From Eledone cirrhosa (lineage: Eukaryota): a stretch of 64,000 nt of DNA. How positions within the stretch are numbered: the first letter of the stretch is position 1; the number at the start of each line of letters is the position of its first letter. Shown here piece by piece: positions 60,001 through 64,000 of the stretch. The notes beneath the pieces are model-generated. The model was given only the letters and a program-made list of their open reading frames with translations, was not told where the DNA came from and made no database searches. The position numbers were made by a program, and so were the translations under genes. The DNA is taken from NCBI GenBank assembly GCA_964016885.1, contig OZ024743.1, positions 300,328,001 through 300,392,000 on the forward strand, written 5' to 3'.

Positions 60001-61101
60001 TTATACAGCATACCTCGTCCTACGGACTGAGAGATCTGCGCTTTGCATTATTGTTTACCAATCATTTACTACTATATATTGCATGAATATTATACTAGAC
60101 GTTAAAACATAAACCGTTTAGTTAACACATGCGAATTAAATCTCATATGCGATCAAAACGGTTTCAGTTTAACTGCCGTGCCAATACAATCTACTTTCCT
60201 TAAGTGTAGAGATGAAACACATGCACGTATACCGAGCACACCAGTGCACGTTTGTGTAGGATTGGCGTCCATATTACGCTTTCACTTGCCATTTCTTTCA
60301 TTAAAAAAAAAACGAAAAACATTCTTAATCTGTGTTTAACTCACGTCTATTAAGTTTTCTTTCCTGGTGAAGGAACAATGTTGAATACGCTACTTAAGAG
60401 AGAAGTCACGTGGTTATCGCCTGCAAGGCGGATCGAATAGAACATCAGGCTACTAGAAAAAATAGCAGCCAGAACCATACGATATATTAAAACCTCAACA
60501 ACAGCATAGGAGCTCAATTTATCACAAACATACATGGAGGTAAAATTTGCTCAAGGAAAAGAAATATCTGGGCCTCATAACACAGTAAGGAGAGACAAAC
60601 ACAGATATATAAATATATGCGTTCAATTCATAAAGGACAGGAACCGCCAGCATAGAGAAAATACTGACTAAAAATAGTACGGTTCACAGAACTCAATTAA
60701 AATAAACATCGAGATAGATACATCTACTATGATAAGTATCAAGCATCCATACAGGTTTCGGGTAGAACTGTTTTGCATTTAAGTGAAGATAATTACTGGG
60801 CTGATGCTTTTCAATGGATGCTTCACGACCAATAGCTCCTCATTACTAAATTTCTCAGAAGACTAAATATCCATGTGCTTTCTCTCTTAACACATGTGGG
60901 TTATTTAGTCTTCTAAGAAATATAGTAGTGATATATAAACAACCTTCAACCGGAAATATATAATAAATTGAAATGAAAACCAAGGGTGCGTGTGTATTTA
61001 TTGGCAACATGACCCTCCCAAAGTAAAACAATATCTGTTCAACACACGTTTTCAGATAAGAAATCTTGCAACACAAATCGAAATATATATATATATATAT
61101 A

Positions 61102-61568
61102 CTAGCTGAATTGCCCACTCCTCACTGCGTTTCACACATTTTTTTTTTGTAAGAAAATGATGATTGATTTTAAATCAGTGATATAATTTATGGAGAAAAA
61201 CTCTGCAATTCAATATTACTCAATGTAAAATGTAATGCATGAAAAATTGGAAAACATTTATTGTAATATATCAAATTTACATTATTAAATATTATTTTTA
61301 CTTTGTTCCTTGTAAATCATTTTTTTTTTAAATATCAATTCAAAACCTTTGTGAATAGGCATCATATCTTGTCCCTTACCTATGGTTTAAATTTCATATA
61401 AGTCGAAGGGACAACATTTTCAGCGGGGGTTTGCGCCCTGGGGAACCCTTTGATTAAATATACTTATCCCAGTACCCGGGGCAATCTAGTTTCTGAAACA
61501 TACGAGTAGTTCGTGAACAAACAAGCAAACAAACAGACAGGAATACAACTTTATATATATATATATAA
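61102..61568 (-). mobile_element. Non-autonomous Helitron (degenerate)
   Basis: The minus strand starts tatatataaagttg..ctgtctgtttgtttg and ends with a degenerate hairpin + CTAG|T. Confidence 0.65.
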
Positions 61569-62049
61569 ATGAAAGGGATAGAAAATATTGTAGCAAAAAG
61601 CCAACAGTATTCCATAATATATAAGTGACTATAGCCTCAAAGTGGCAAAAATAATTCAAACTCAACTCAAAAAGAACCAGGATATACATTCATCCAACAG
61701 AATTTAGTGAAATTCAGGGAAGGATCAATAGAGCCTTAACTTATGATAAAATAAAGTTTAAAATACTCATCCTCCAATTTGGGACAACTACAAATGCTAT
61801 GTATAGTCTTGAAGACTATTTCACGAAAAACTTTCAGTGGAGATGGTCACGGGTGGAATCCGATCTTCAGCAGAGTTCAAGTCGATAACCAAAATTTCTC
61901 ACTGGTTAATATGCCAAAAAGGGATTTAAAAACAGGGTAGTTCACCATCATGCGTGATTATGATAAATAAAACGCACATGTGGAAAGACAGGGCTGGTGA
62001 CGTCAGAATGAGACGAATGTTTGTTTACAAGAAACAACAGTCAAAAAAC

Positions 62050-62088
<39 letters not shown>

Positions 62089-62092
<4 letters not shown>

Positions 62093-62816
62093 TATGTATA
62101 CGTACATACATATATGTATACAGACGTACAGTAGTATCTCTATATATATATATATATATATATACATACATGCACACATATATATATATATATGTACGTA
62201 TGGATTCACCGAACATTTATTATAATGCTCGGTGTGTTTGTAAACAAACATCGCGAATTAAACCGTACAGTGTCTAGCAACTATTGTTGCTCATTTGTTC
62301 AACACTGACAATGGAACGCTGTAATATTTTCAAGCTTATTAGCTATCGTCAGCAACGTATACCTTCCTGCCAGATGGTTGAACGTCTGAAAGTATATGCT
62401 TTCCTTATGCATATTAACGGCTGAGCAGCCTAATTTGCATATCGAGTCAGTTAATCGGCCGGGGTACTGAAAACGATAAACGGAAAAAAATGAAACGAAA
62501 TTTCATTTCTAACTCTTAGTACGGCTGTTACTTAAATATAAGTATGTATACATACATAAATATATGTATACAGACATATTTTTTCTTATATTTATGTGTG
62601 TGTGTGAATATGTAGGTGTGTGTATATATTTCTATATTTGTGCATGCGTATGTATGCGTGCATATATGTGTGTATGTATGTGTATGTACGTACGTGTGTA
62701 TATACGTATTATTGTGTGTATGTATGTATGTATGTATGTATGTATGTATGTATGTATGTATGTATGTATGTATGTGTATGTATATATGTATGTATATGTA
62801 TGTGTATGTCTATATG

Positions 62817-62848
<32 letters not shown>

Positions 62849-63324
62849 TATGTGTGTGTATGTATGTATATATATGTGTATGTATATATATATATGCATG
62901 CATATGTGTGAGTATGTGTATGTGTATGCACGTTTGTGTATTTGTATGGATGTGTATGTATGGATATGTTGATATTTATGTGTGTATGTATGTATGTGTA
63001 TATGTATGTGTATGTATATATATACACATATATATATGTGTGTGTGTATATATGTGTGTGTGTATGTATGTGTGTATGTATATATATGTTTATGTGTATG
63101 TATATAAGTGTGTGTTGTGTGTGTGTGTTTGCATGTGTGTTTTTATTTTTCCTTTCCTTCTTCCTTTTCCAGCCTCACTTTCATATAGATTATATATTTG
63201 TTTTTTAAAATCCAACGCCAATAAATATACCAGGATTCTTTCATTCTGATGATTGAAAGCAACATGTTGTTGCTTTTAAGAAACCACTGGTAAATGAAAT
63301 AATTGCCTTATGTTGTTTATTACA

Positions 63325-63376
<52 letters not shown>

Positions 63377-64000
63377 CATGCACACATATATATACGTACG
63401 TATGGATTCACCGAATATTTATTATATTGCTCGGTGTGTTTGTAAACAAACATCCCGAATTAAACCGTACAGTGTCTAGCAACCATCGTTGGTCATTTGT
63501 TCAACACTGACAGAAGTACGCTGTAATAGGTTCAAGTTTATTAGCTATCGTCAGCAACGTATACCTTCCTGCCAGATGGTTGAAGTCTGAAAGTATATAC
63601 TTTCCTTAAGCATATTAACGGCTGAGCAGCCTAATTTGCATATCGAGTGTGTTAATCGGCCGGGGTACCGAAAACGATAAACGGAAGAAATGAAACGAAA
63701 TTTCATTTCTCACTCTTAGTACGGCTGTTACTTAAATATAAGTATGTATACGTACATACATATATGTATACAGACGTACAGTAGTATGTATATATACATA
63801 GACATATATACATACATGCACACATATATATATATATGTACGTATGGATTCACCGAACATTTATTATAATGCTCGGTGTGTTTGTAAACAAACAACGCGA
63901 ATTAAACCGTACAGTGTCTAGCAACCATCGTTGTCATTTGTTCAGCACTGACAAAGGAACGCTGTACTATTTTCAAGCTTATTAGCTATCGTCAGCAACA
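62089..64000. repeat. Interrupted tandem array of a ~440-bp hairpin-rich unit
   Basis: gtatggattcaccgaa occurs at 62198, 63400 and 63842 (period 442). A partial unit end lies at 62089-62137. Confidence 0.9.
62560..63140. repeat. Compound (TATG)n/(TG)n microsatellite
   Basis: Direct reading. Confidence 0.95.

Overview
Very AT-rich, microsatellite-saturated eukaryotic intergenic or intronic DNA with no supportable host gene. The (TA)n/(CA)n density and a tRNA-headed SINE with a Nin/Deu-type domain suggest an octopod cephalopod, but this is inference. The window is dominated by Penelope-like elements (PLEs; RT plus GIY-YIG). There is one near-intact Naiad-like element (6192-10482, minus strand) with pseudo-LTRs, hammerhead-like ribozymes and a single homopolymer frameshift. 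There are also a decayed Neptune-like element, a third decayed lineage and several fragments. Non-coding PLE dependants include a 310-bp hammerhead array (about 10 near-identical units in head-to-head orientation) and many short foldback elements with 'tails'. About 20 hammerhead cores can be read by eye, including U3-A8 compensatory variants. The strongest candidate for something undescribed is a pair of diverged ~600-nt tandem elements (4351-5133 and 39471-41381). They share ordered motifs, co-varying helices and a PLE-like insertion geometry but have no hammerhead and no convincing ORF. A second hairpin-rich ~440-bp repeat lies at 62-64 kb. CR1/L2-type LINE fragments, Helitrons, a Charlie-type hAT derivative, mariner-type MITEs and SINEs fill the rest. 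Most short ORFs in the supplied track are microsatellite translations.
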